A DNA stretch of 64,000 nucleotides from Fermentimonas sp. (lineage in GTDB: Bacteria; Bacteroidota; Bacteroidia; Bacteroidales; Dysgonomonadaceae). Numbering within the stretch: position 1 is the stretch's first letter; each line of letters opens with the position of its first letter. Where the stretch lies: assembly GCA_050951125.1 (NCBI GenBank), contig JBMNIR010000005.1:4912-68911 (forward strand). The letters are read 5' to 3'. Both the position numbers and the translations under genes were made by a program. Below the pieces are notes generated by a model. The model had not been told where the DNA came from. It saw nothing but the letters and a program-made list of their open reading frames with translations, and made no database searches. Positions 27,309-36,554 of this stretch are shown here, one piece after another.

Positions 27309-27704
27309 TTACCGAAACTCCCCTCCCCTATGCCTACGTCGGTTACCACAAGAATGATCTGTCTTGTTGTCATCCATCAACCTGTCGCAACGGCGACAAC
27401 GGTGCCGTTGTCTACCGAACTCCACGCTGCCACCCTCGATTACCAATGATTTCCCTTCCACAAAAGCCTGGGCAACCGTTTGTCTCGCCTTGGCATAGAT
27501 CCGTGTAAGCGTAGGACGCGAAACATTCATCCGCTCGGCGGCCTCCTCTTGGAGCAAGCCCTCGTAATCCAATAGCCGAATAGCCTCATACTCATCGTAT
27601 TGCAAAACGACCTCTCCCGTAATCGAGCGGGGAACGCCGAACGGCTTGAACCCCGACATCAAGGGGGGCGATTGGATTCTTCTATACTGTTTGGGACGCG
27701 ACAT
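27309..27704 (-). CDS. DUF134 (UPF0251) putative DNA-binding protein with a Cys/His/Arg-rich tail
   Basis: 131-aa ORF with N-terminus MSRPKQYRRIQSPPLMSGFKPFG and an HTH-like EEAAERMNVSRPTLTRIYAKARQ. The tail reads HRCRRCDRLMDDNKTDHSCGNRRRHRG. Confidence 0.75.
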   Translation of the reverse strand: MSRPKQYRRIQSPPLMSGFKPFGVPRSITGEVVLQYDEYEAIRLLDYEGLLQEEAAERMNVSRPTLTRIYAKARQTVAQAFVEGKSLVIEGGSVEFGRQRHRCRRCDRLMDDNKTDHSCGNRRRHRGGEFR

Positions 27705-27728
27705 ACCATTTTTTCTTGAATTACACTA

Positions 27729-27763
27729 CAAATATAACAAAAGTTTTGAACATATGTTCAAAA
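27729..27763 (-). promoter_or_regulatory. Predicted promoter (-7 box TATATTTG, plus-strand 27729-27736) with a perfect 20-bp palindromic operator (27744-27763)
   Basis: TTTTGAACATATGTTCAAAA is its own reverse complement. It sits between a TTTG (-33-like) and the TAnnTTTG box, 25 nt upstream of the DUF134 ATG. Confidence 0.5.
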
Positions 27764-27859
27764 TATAGGAATTATTTTTTCCTTAAGGTAAATCATAACT
27801 GAGACAAACCATCCTCATCGAATGGTTGTAAAAGCTAAAATCAGATTATTTCTCTACTA

Positions 27860-30268
27860 TCAATCGAGCTGAAGCTTCACCTCTTCACCTCTCTTCAGTT
27901 CAACTTGCACGAAGCCGTTGTCAACAGGCAACTCCTTGCCCTTGAGCTTGACCGCTGTCACGTAATCGGGGAGTTTAATGGTAAAACTGTTATCAACATG
28001 GGCCATTAGCGAAATATGGTTTAGCTTCGATGTTGTCCATTGGGCACCCGCTTCGGCGCCACCACGTACACGGAGTCCCCTGAAGCTTCCATGCGACCAC
28101 TTGTCGGGCAGAGCAGGCAGAAACTCAATGTAGCCGTCCTGGCTCTGTATCAACATCTCGGCAATTCCGGCAGTACCGCCAAAATTTCCATCGATCTGGA
28201 ATGGCGGATGCGCGCAGAACAGGTTGGAATAAGTGCCGCCACCTCTGTTCATCTGTATGTCACTTCCAAAAGTTGGTTCCAGCAAGCTTTTCAGCAGCTT
28301 GTATGCCCTATTCCCATCGTGCAGTCGTGCCCAGAAATTAATTTTCCAAGCGCGTGACCACCCCGTACCTCCATCGCCCCTACGCTCTAACGTTTCACGG
28401 GCAGCCGCGGCCAATTCAGGAGTAGTGTAAGGTGATATTTGGTTGGATGGATGGAGACCGTAGAGATGCGAAACGTGTCGGTGAATGGGTTCTGCCTCCC
28501 TATAATCTTCTAACCACTCTTGCAGGTAGCCATTGGGACTTATCTGCATGGGTGGAAGTTTAGGCAGTACTTCCCGTATTTTCGCTGTCGTTTCATTCTC
28601 TATACCGAGGATCTCGGAAGCAGACAGAATATTGCCAAATAACTCTTTGATTAACTGGGCATCCATCGTGGGACCCATACAAACGTACACCGGATTGTTG
28701 TCCCCATCGAGATAAAAAGCATTTTCAGGGGATGAAGAGGGAGCTGTAACCAGCCAGCCGTGTGAGGGCTCTTCAATCATGGCAGAGAGGAAGAATTGTG
28801 CCGCACCTACCAGCGTTGGGTAGATGGAACGCAAGTAATTTTCGTCCCTCGTAAAAGCCCAATGCTCCCATAGATGAGCACACAGCCAAGCACCTCCCGT
28901 GTTGGTAGCTCCCCACGAGGCATGTTGCCCGGGGGCGGTAAACCTCCACGGGTTGCTCATCATATGCGCCAACCATCCATTGGCACCGTAAAATGTTTTT
29001 GCCGTGGCTTCGCCCGAGGGTACGAGGGATTGAGTAAAGTCGATGAGCGGTTTGTGCAGCTCCGACAGATTACACACCTCGGCCGGCCAATAGTTCATCT
29101 GCACGTTAATATTCAGGTGGTAGTCGCCATTCCACGGCGTTTGCACTCCATTAGCCCACAACCCCTGCAGGTTGAGCGGCAAACTGTTTTCACGGGTTCC
29201 CGAAATCATGAGATATCGCCCGTACTGAAAGTAGAGGGCAGCAAAAGCGGGTTCATCACTCTCTTGAAAACGGGTTAACCGTTCATGAGTAGGTGTATGG
29301 TTATCCTGTTCCCCCAAGTTGAGGTCGACCCGGTTAAACTTCTCACGGTAGGTTTTCATGTGGCTCTTTTTCAGTGCAGTGTAACTGATTTTTGCAGCAC
29401 CACTTAAAAGAGCATCGACCGTTTCCTGGTAGTTTTTGTCGAGCATATCGGTAGAGGTGGAAATCACCAATATAGCCTCATCGGCATCGGTCAGCCTGAT
29501 CAGGGAGTTGTCGACCTCCTGCATCCCACCTTTGTTGATAACCTGCAGCTTCGTGAGGTAACGCACCCCTTTATCGCCGTTGTGTCCATCGTTTAGTTGT
29601 CCCTCCATCTGCAAGATGTGGCCGTCTGAAGAAACGGTAGCCCGCTCGGGGCGACTCAGCGTGGCTTCAAATGACACCACCCCCCGTTTGTTTGCAGACA
29701 ACCTGATTATTAACACATCGTCAGCGTGAGAAGCAAAATATTCGCGGAAATAAGTTGTTTCTCCCTTTTTGAACTCGGTAAACGCCACAGCGTCATTCAG
29801 CGAGAGCAAGCGTTGGTACTCCTCCACAGGTTCGCTTGTAGGGTAGATATGATGCAGATTCAGGTTGCCCAACATCTGAAAACAGCCGTATGGGGCATCT
29901 TTCCCGCCACCGGAACCCAGCCCCCCGCATCGAAAATGAGCATACATCATATTTTGGGCCTGCAAATTATCACCCTCCAGCAACAAACGCCTGATTTCAG
30001 GCAGGTAGCTTAGCGCTTCAGGATTAAGGGCTTCTGGGTCTTCGCTGCCTGACCACATGGTGATATCGTTCAGCACGATAAGTTCAGAGTCGACACCTCC
30101 ATCGGGCATCATACCAATGCGTCCGTTTCCAAGGGGTAGAGTAGCCTCCCAAGTTTTAGCCGGCTCGTGAAAAAGCAGCCGCATTTCGTCTGTATCTGGC
30201 TGTAAAACTTGTTTACAACCCATTAACATTGCCGTGAAGGCAAGTAGTGAAAGAAGTCTTTTTGCCAT
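27860..30268 (-). CDS. Glycoside hydrolase family 95 (alpha-L-fucosidase-like) lipoprotein
   Basis: ORF 27860-30343. I prefer the ATG at 30268 (MAKRLLSLLAFTAMLMGC lipobox). The N-terminal LLFHEPAKTWEATLPLGNGRIGMM is typical of GH95, and the size of about 800 aa fits. Confidence 0.8.
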   Translation of the reverse strand: MAKRLLSLLAFTAMLMGCKQVLQPDTDEMRLLFHEPAKTWEATLPLGNGRIGMMPDGGVDSELIVLNDITMWSGSEDPEALNPEALSYLPEIRRLLLEGDNLQAQNMMYAHFRCGGLGSGGGKDAPYGCFQMLGNLNLHHIYPTSEPVEEYQRLLSLNDAVAFTEFKKGETTYFREYFASHADDVLIIRLSANKRGVVSFEATLSRPERATVSSDGHILQMEGQLNDGHNGDKGVRYLTKLQVINKGGMQEVDNSLIRLTDADEAILVISTSTDMLDKNYQETVDALLSGAAKISYTALKKSHMKTYREKFNRVDLNLGEQDNHTPTHERLTRFQESDEPAFAALYFQYGRYLMISGTRENSLPLNLQGLWANGVQTPWNGDYHLNINVQMNYWPAEVCNLSELHKPLIDFTQSLVPSGEATAKTFYGANGWLAHMMSNPWRFTAPGQHASWGATNTGGAWLCAHLWEHWAFTRDENYLRSIYPTLVGAAQFFLSAMIEEPSHGWLVTAPSSSPENAFYLDGDNNPVYVCMGPTMDAQLIKELFGNILSASEILGIENETTAKIREVLPKLPPMQISPNGYLQEWLEDYREAEPIHRHVSHLYGLHPSNQISPYTTPELAAAARETLERRGDGGTGWSRAWKINFWARLHDGNRAYKLLKSLLEPTFGSDIQMNRGGGTYSNLFCAHPPFQIDGNFGGTAGIAEMLIQSQDGYIEFLPALPDKWSHGSFRGLRVRGGAEAGAQWTTSKLNHISLMAHVDNSFTIKLPDYVTAVKLKGKELPVDNGFVQVELKRGEEVKLQLD

Positions 30269-30309
30269 ATCGTTTTTAAAAAAATCTTTGGATGTTTTAC
30301 GTACTCCTC

Positions 30310-32436
30310 TTACTCCACCAGTTTCAACTCCTCGATGACCCAAGGGGCCTCCATCACCTTGTCGATCACGTAAAGCACGTAGAGAATATCGACGCTGATG
30401 GTCCGTTGCATCTCGGGGTTGAAAAGGATGTCGCCGCTCAACGATTCCCAGTTGCCGTCAAATGCTAGGCCAACCAGCTCGGCGTGAGCGTTAAGAACGG
30501 GGCTACCGGAGTTACCTCCCGTGATATCATTGTTGGAAAGGAAGTTAACTCGCATCCTCCCCTCTTCGTCGGCATACCGACCAAAATCGCCTAATCGGAT
30601 GGCATTAAGGACGTAATCCTGCACGTCAAACTCGGGGTCGCCGGGCATCTCTTTTTCCAACACCCCGTCCGTTGTGGTAAAGGAATCGTACCACACCCCA
30701 TCACGCGGCTCGTATCCTTCTATCGAACCGTAGCTCATCCGTTGAGTGAAGTTGGCGTCGGGGTAGAACGTCTTTCGCACCTCCATCTCCATCAGCGCGG
30801 CCATGAACTCCCGTTCACCGCGGAATATCTCCTCGTAAGCGTTCATCATTTGCGACGATATATCGTAACCCGTACCCGAGGCAGAGAGGGCAAGCTCCAT
30901 GGCTGGGTCTTGGGTGAGTAACCCCACGTCGGTAGCCTTAAGGAGCACCAAAAGCTCTTCGAGAGAAGTAAAACGGGTATTGGAAAAAAGCCATTCGGCA
31001 TACCGTTCATAATCGCCGTTAAACTTCTCCCGGATGGTCCCATAAATGTCGGGATGAAGTTCTGCCGGTACCCTCTCGGCGTATAGCTGCATTAGTACGG
31101 GCAACACCTGCCTGTCCAATCCCGGTTCGTAATTCTTGTAAGATTCTATAAGGCGATCGTTGATGAATGCCTGCCTTTCCCCTTCCGATGCGTCGGTATC
31201 AAAATGAAGGATGGCATTGGCAAAGCGGATAAGCTCGATACCGTACTCGAACACTTCCACGAAGTAAGTCATGTGGCGGGCCATTTCGTCGGAGCGGGTG
31301 TAGGCCTCCTCTAGCGTGGGCAGCGTGTGGCCATACTTCGCCGTTCTTGTTGAATCGCTTTGTATCCACTCCCGGAGCCTCGCTTCTAATTTCTCCTTTT
31401 CGGCCAGCACACCCATGTTAACAATAGCTTCGTTCATGCCCATGGAGTTCTTCCAATAGTTCGAGCTGCTTGCGTACTTACTGGCGTACTTGATGCGAAT
31501 GGTGTCGTTAGAGGTCATAGCTTCCCGCCAGATAGCCTGTTTCGCAGCACGTACCTCTACACGAGGTTGGTTCTCAGACTTCATCCGTTGGCGAATAGCC
31601 CAAGAGGAGGCATAACGCTGAGTGCTACCAGGGAAGCCGACCGTCATCACGTAATCCCCATCCCGCACCCCCGAGAGAGAAACAGGCACCACGTGCTTAG
31701 GCATATATGGCACATTCTCGTCGCTGTAATCCGCCGGTTTGTTCCCCTTCCCGGCGTACACGCGAAACACCGCGAAGTCGCCCGTATGGCGGGGCCACAT
31801 CCAGTTATCGGTATCACCACCGAACTTGCCAATCGACGTGGGCGGTGCTAACACGAGGCGCACGTCACGGAACAGGTCATACAGTATTACGTAATACCGA
31901 TTACCCGCGAAGAAAGGAACCACTTGTGCATGGGTGAACGGATCGTTTTCATACTCCTTGATGAGCTCGTTAGAGAGAGAGTCGATGGTCAGCTCGCGTT
32001 GAATTTCGCTCAACACCGATGGCAAGTGAGGGATAAACCGGTCGGTCACCTCTTCCATGGATCGTAGGAACGATACGGTAAGCCCATCCACGGGCAACTC
32101 TTCCGACTGATTTTGAGCGACAAACCCATCCTTCAAGTAGTTCCGTTCCACAGAGCTCAACTTCTGGATGGCATCATACCCACAATGATGGTTGGTGAAA
32201 ATCATCCCCTGCTTGGATACAACCACACCGGAGCAGCCTCCCCCGAAAATCACGACTGCATCCTTAAGCGACGAGGTTTCCTCATCGTAAAGGTTGCTCA
32301 CCGGGAAGCGAAAGCCCAACTCCTGCATCCGGGCCACGTTTTGTGCGTTCAGCTCCTTTAACAGCCACATCCCCTCATCAGCCTTCGCGATGAAACAGGC
32401 TCCCGCTACCGCTATACATAAAAGTAGTCTCTTCAT
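30310..32436 (-). CDS. S46-family serine dipeptidyl-peptidase (DPP7/DPP11-like)
   Basis: ORF 30310-32448. I prefer the ATG at 32436 (MKRLLLCIAVAGACFIAKA). The mature N-terminus is DEGMWLL, with catalytic motifs TNHHCG and GGNSGSPV. Confidence 0.9.
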   Translation of the reverse strand: MKRLLLCIAVAGACFIAKADEGMWLLKELNAQNVARMQELGFRFPVSNLYDEETSSLKDAVVIFGGGCSGVVVSKQGMIFTNHHCGYDAIQKLSSVERNYLKDGFVAQNQSEELPVDGLTVSFLRSMEEVTDRFIPHLPSVLSEIQRELTIDSLSNELIKEYENDPFTHAQVVPFFAGNRYYVILYDLFRDVRLVLAPPTSIGKFGGDTDNWMWPRHTGDFAVFRVYAGKGNKPADYSDENVPYMPKHVVPVSLSGVRDGDYVMTVGFPGSTQRYASSWAIRQRMKSENQPRVEVRAAKQAIWREAMTSNDTIRIKYASKYASSSNYWKNSMGMNEAIVNMGVLAEKEKLEARLREWIQSDSTRTAKYGHTLPTLEEAYTRSDEMARHMTYFVEVFEYGIELIRFANAILHFDTDASEGERQAFINDRLIESYKNYEPGLDRQVLPVLMQLYAERVPAELHPDIYGTIREKFNGDYERYAEWLFSNTRFTSLEELLVLLKATDVGLLTQDPAMELALSASGTGYDISSQMMNAYEEIFRGEREFMAALMEMEVRKTFYPDANFTQRMSYGSIEGYEPRDGVWYDSFTTTDGVLEKEMPGDPEFDVQDYVLNAIRLGDFGRYADEEGRMRVNFLSNNDITGGNSGSPVLNAHAELVGLAFDGNWESLSGDILFNPEMQRTISVDILYVLYVIDKVMEAPWVIEELKLVE

Positions 32437-32550
32437 AACAATCCTCATTAAACCTAACCAGCGTTTTATACCGTCAATTTAGTTCTCATCTATTTCTTAT
32501 CTTCACGTTTTGCTTAACAAATAACGTCTTCTATGCTATCAATCAATCCT

Positions 32551-34071
32551 TTAAGCGTTACCTCCAACTTGATTACCGGAACCGCCATGTCCTATTCTTA
32601 TTATCAATCCCTTAAGCCCCGGATCTTTAGCAACCACGATAACCACGTACACCGCGATAAGCAGCGTGTTGAGCAGCAACCGTGACCATAGGGCATCCAC
32701 CTGTCGGTACACGAGCGCGATTCCGGCAAACAGTATCATCGCCAGGAAAAACGAAAGGGAGGCAGACTTCAAGTTATAGGGAATGGGGTAATGCTTCTGT
32801 CCTAGGAAATAGGAGGAGAGCATCATGGCAAGGTTGGCGAAGAACGATGCCCAGGCACAAGCCATGTAGCCGTGCCGAGGAATAAATAATATATTGATAA
32901 GCAGGGTGATGGCAAGTCCAAAGAGCGACATATAGGCGCCCCACCTCGTCTGGTCGGTCAGCTTGTACCAGAGCGACAGGTTGAAGTAGATCCCGAAGAA
33001 GAGCTCTCCAAGGAGGACGATGGGGACCACCTTCAAGCCAACATGGTATCGTTCGGGAAGAAGATACTTGATAATATCGATGTAGCCGGTGGTGAGCAGG
33101 AAGATGAGCAACCCGAATAGGATGAAGTAACGGGTCGCATCGCTGAACGACTGGCGATCGTTCGAATCTTCCCGGTTTCGCGCGAAGATAAACGGCTCAA
33201 AGGCATATCGGAAAGCTTGGGTGAACATCACCATGATGACAGCGATCTTGAAGTTTTGGCCGTAAATGCCCAGCTCGTGGAACGCGTTGACCTTATCGGG
33301 GTGGGCATCGGGGAAGAGCCAGGGGAAGACGATCTTGTCAACCGTTTGGTTCAGGATACCGGCTATCCCCAAGATCAAAATGGGGAAAGAGTACTTCAAC
33401 ATCTGCCGGAGCAGCGTTTTATCAAACGTGAACTTGATCCGCAGTTCGGGGGAGACCAGCAGGAACTGGATCACCGACGCCGCGAGGTTGGATATCAGGA
33501 TGTAATCGATCCCCTTATCCAGCGTGAACCACGAGAAGGCATCGGGAAACTGAGCCTGCAGCCAGGGGCAAGCGAGAAAGAAAAAGAGATTGAAGAGGAT
33601 GGTAAGCACCACGTTCAACACCTTGATGGTGGCAAACCGTATAGGGCGTTGCTTGAAGCGAAGGTTGGCAAACGGGATGGATGCCAGCACGTCGATGCAA
33701 AGAATGAGCACCATCATAAGCAGGTAACGTGGTTTCATGGCCGTGCCGCCCAGCGCGAACGCGACCGGCTTTAGGAAAGCCATGGAGATAAGGAAAAAGA
33801 GAAGCGTGGTGCTGGCGATGCTGATAAAGGTGGTGGAAAAAACCTTTATCGGGTTGTCATCCTTGTTGGCGTAACGGAAGAAACCGGTCTCCATACCGTA
33901 GGTCAGGATCACCTGCAGAAGGGCCACCCACGCGTAAAAATTGGTGAGCACGCCAATATCTTTTATCTCCGGCAGGGCAAATGCCCAGTAAAGCGATAGC
34001 AACCAACTCAATAACCGGGGAAGCGCACTCCCTATCCCGTAATAAAGGGTCTCCTTTGCCAACGTTTTCAT
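32551..34071 (-). CDS. Polysaccharide/oligosaccharide flippase family (Wzx/MOP superfamily) membrane protein
   Basis: ORF 32551-34167. I prefer the ATG at 34071 (MKTLAKETLYYGIGSALPRLLSWLL), a typical N-terminus for this family. It has about 14 TM helices. Confidence 0.7.
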   Translation of the reverse strand: MKTLAKETLYYGIGSALPRLLSWLLSLYWAFALPEIKDIGVLTNFYAWVALLQVILTYGMETGFFRYANKDDNPIKVFSTTFISIASTTLLFFLISMAFLKPVAFALGGTAMKPRYLLMMVLILCIDVLASIPFANLRFKQRPIRFATIKVLNVVLTILFNLFFFLACPWLQAQFPDAFSWFTLDKGIDYILISNLAASVIQFLLVSPELRIKFTFDKTLLRQMLKYSFPILILGIAGILNQTVDKIVFPWLFPDAHPDKVNAFHELGIYGQNFKIAVIMVMFTQAFRYAFEPFIFARNREDSNDRQSFSDATRYFILFGLLIFLLTTGYIDIIKYLLPERYHVGLKVVPIVLLGELFFGIYFNLSLWYKLTDQTRWGAYMSLFGLAITLLINILFIPRHGYMACAWASFFANLAMMLSSYFLGQKHYPIPYNLKSASLSFFLAMILFAGIALVYRQVDALWSRLLLNTLLIAVYVVIVVAKDPGLKGLIIRIGHGGSGNQVGGNA

Positions 34072-34415
34072 TCCTCCTGCCATGCTCATTCGAGATATGT
34101 TATCACGCGCCTTTCGCTGAAATCGGGTCAACACGATCTTCCACAATAAAACCGTAATAAAGAACACGTTTCATCATCGCCTCAAATATCAAGCCGACAC
34201 GATCTTCTACGGTAAAAAAGTAACGGGGTACGCGATAAGTACACGCCCGCGACGTTCGCGAAGATAGCATTTTTACGGGTATATTTGAGTGGGCAAGGCG
34301 AAAAGATCAAAAAAAAGTGTTTACTTTGTAGGTTGAAACATTCAAGCGATTTATAAACTATTTTATACGCGTGTTGTTTGCCATGAACGGCCAATCAACA
34401 TGCCATTCAGCAACT

Positions 34416-35960
34416 ATGGTACAAGACGACGTTTTCAAGAAACTGGTTTCGCATTGTAAAGAGTATGGATTCGTATTCCAATCGAGCGAGATATACGACG
34501 GGTTAGGCGCCGTGTACGACTACGGGCAGATGGGCGTAGAGCTCAAAAACAACCTGAAAAAATACTGGTGGGACAGCATGATAATGTTGAACGAAAACAT
34601 CGTGGGAATCGATTCCGCCATCTTTATGCACCCTACTATCTGGAAGGCATCGGGACACGTGGACGCTTTTAACGACCCGCTTATAGATAACCGTGACAGC
34701 AAGAAGCGATATCGTGCCGATGTATTGATCGAGGAGCATTTAGCCAAGCTTGATGAGAAAACCGACAAAGAAGTGCAGAAGGCGGCAAAACGGTTTGGCG
34801 ACGCGTTCAACGAAACGATGTACCGCGAAACCAACCCAAGGGTGCTGAGGTACCAGCAAGAGCGGGACGACGTACACGCCCGATACGTTAAGGCGATGAA
34901 CGATAACGACTTGAACGAGATGCGACAAATCATTGTCGATTGCGGGATTGCCTGCCCGGTAAGTGGCTCTCGCGATTGGACGGAGGTGAGGCAGTTCAAC
35001 CTGATGTTCTCGACCGAGATGGGCTCCACGGCCGACGGTGCAATGAAGGTGTACCTTCGCCCCGAAACAGCTCAGGGAATCTTCGTCAACTTCCTGAACG
35101 TGCAGAAAACCGGGCGCATGAAAGTGCCCTTCGGGATCGCACAGATCGGGAAGGCTTTTCGTAACGAGATCGTAGCCCGGCAGTTTATCTTCCGGACAAG
35201 GGAGTTCGAGCAGATGGAGATGCAGTTCTTCGTCACACCCGGTGAGGAGCTAGAGTGGTTCGAGTACTGGAAGAACGAACGCATGAAGTGGCACCAGGCC
35301 TTGGGCTTCGGGAAAGAGAAATACCGTTTCCACGATCACGACAAGCTGGCGCACTACGCGAACGCGGCGACCGACATCGAGTACGAGATGCCGTTCGGCT
35401 TTAAAGAGGTAGAAGGGATTCACTCCCGCACCGGGTTTGACCTAAGCCAGCACGAAAAGTTCTCCGGGAAGAAGATGCAGTATTACGACCCCGAGTTGGG
35501 AGAATCGTACATCCCATACGTGGTAGAAACTTCCATCGGTCTCGACAGGATGTTCCTCTCGGTGATATCGGCCTCCTACCAGGAAGAGATCCTGGAGGGA
35601 GGAGAGACCCGCGTGCTGCTCAAGCTGCCCCCCGCCCTGGCACCGGTAAAATTGGCCGTACTCCCGTTAATCCGGAAAGACGGGCTACCGGAAAAAGCAC
35701 GGGCAATCGTGGACGAGCTCAAATTCAGTTTCACCTGCCAGTACGACGAGAAAGACAGTATTGGAAAGCGGTACCGCCGACAGGACGCCATCGGCACCCC
35801 CTGCTGCGTTACCATCGACCATCAAACGCTGGAAGATAACAAGGTAACCGTCCGCGACCGGGACACGATGGAACAGGAAAGGGTCCCCATCAACTCGCTG
35901 CAGCGGAATATTGCCGAAAAGACAGATATGAGGCAGTTACTGAAACAATTAACCCGATAA
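34416..35960 (+). CDS. glyQS: Glycine--tRNA ligase (class II, alpha2 type)
   Basis: ORF 34371-35960. I prefer the ATG at 34416 (MVQDDVFKKLVSHCKEYGFVFQSSEIYDGL). It has class II motifs such as FRNEI..R and GLDRM. Confidence 0.9.
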   Translation: MVQDDVFKKLVSHCKEYGFVFQSSEIYDGLGAVYDYGQMGVELKNNLKKYWWDSMIMLNENIVGIDSAIFMHPTIWKASGHVDAFNDPLIDNRDSKKRYRADVLIEEHLAKLDEKTDKEVQKAAKRFGDAFNETMYRETNPRVLRYQQERDDVHARYVKAMNDNDLNEMRQIIVDCGIACPVSGSRDWTEVRQFNLMFSTEMGSTADGAMKVYLRPETAQGIFVNFLNVQKTGRMKVPFGIAQIGKAFRNEIVARQFIFRTREFEQMEMQFFVTPGEELEWFEYWKNERMKWHQALGFGKEKYRFHDHDKLAHYANAATDIEYEMPFGFKEVEGIHSRTGFDLSQHEKFSGKKMQYYDPELGESYIPYVVETSIGLDRMFLSVISASYQEEILEGGETRVLLKLPPALAPVKLAVLPLIRKDGLPEKARAIVDELKFSFTCQYDEKDSIGKRYRRQDAIGTPCCVTIDHQTLEDNKVTVRDRDTMEQERVPINSLQRNIAEKTDMRQLLKQLTR

Positions 35961-35971
35961 AAAACCATACG

Positions 35972-36538
35972 ATGAAACTACGAATACCACTGTTTATAGT
36001 GCTTTGCATGCTCTTCTCGCTCGCCGCTTGCGATAAAGACGAATCGAAAGACGACCCCTGGAGGCTTGATAACGAGGCGCAATTTGTAAAGATTTCAGCC
36101 AACACGGACTATACCCGGCTAGTCTCTTTTTCAAACAGGGGATACATCATGTACAAGGAGTTGGAAGAGGGCGACGGGGCAACCCCGCTCTTTACCGACC
36201 AGGTAAAGGTGCATTATTCGGGGTGGTACAAGTACGACTGGGAGAAACCCGACACGTATAGCGACGATAAGGGGAACGTGATCACCAACAAGATCATTTT
36301 CGATTCCACGGAGAACCGGAACAACATCCCCAGCACGTTTTCAGTGAACCCCAATGCGAGAACGGGTGTCGGGGTCATCGATGGTTTCTCCACCGCTTTG
36401 CAACATATGCAGGTGGGCGATAAATGGGAGGTCTGGATCCCTTGGGGATTGGGATACGGAGAAAAGGGGTACGGGAACTCTATCCCAGGGTACACCACTT
36501 TGGTGTTCGAAATCAAACTGATCGAAATCGTGGAGTGA
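35972..36538 (+). CDS. FKBP-type peptidyl-prolyl cis-trans isomerase lipoprotein
   Basis: 188-aa ORF with lipobox FSLAAC. The FKBP core reads VKVHYSGW...IDGFSTALQHMQVGDKWEVWIPWGLGYGEKG...TLVFEIKLIEI. Confidence 0.85.
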   Translation: MKLRIPLFIVLCMLFSLAACDKDESKDDPWRLDNEAQFVKISANTDYTRLVSFSNRGYIMYKELEEGDGATPLFTDQVKVHYSGWYKYDWEKPDTYSDDKGNVITNKIIFDSTENRNNIPSTFSVNPNARTGVGVIDGFSTALQHMQVGDKWEVWIPWGLGYGEKGYGNSIPGYTTLVFEIKLIEIVE

Positions 36539-36554
36539 TCACGAAACGATAGCC

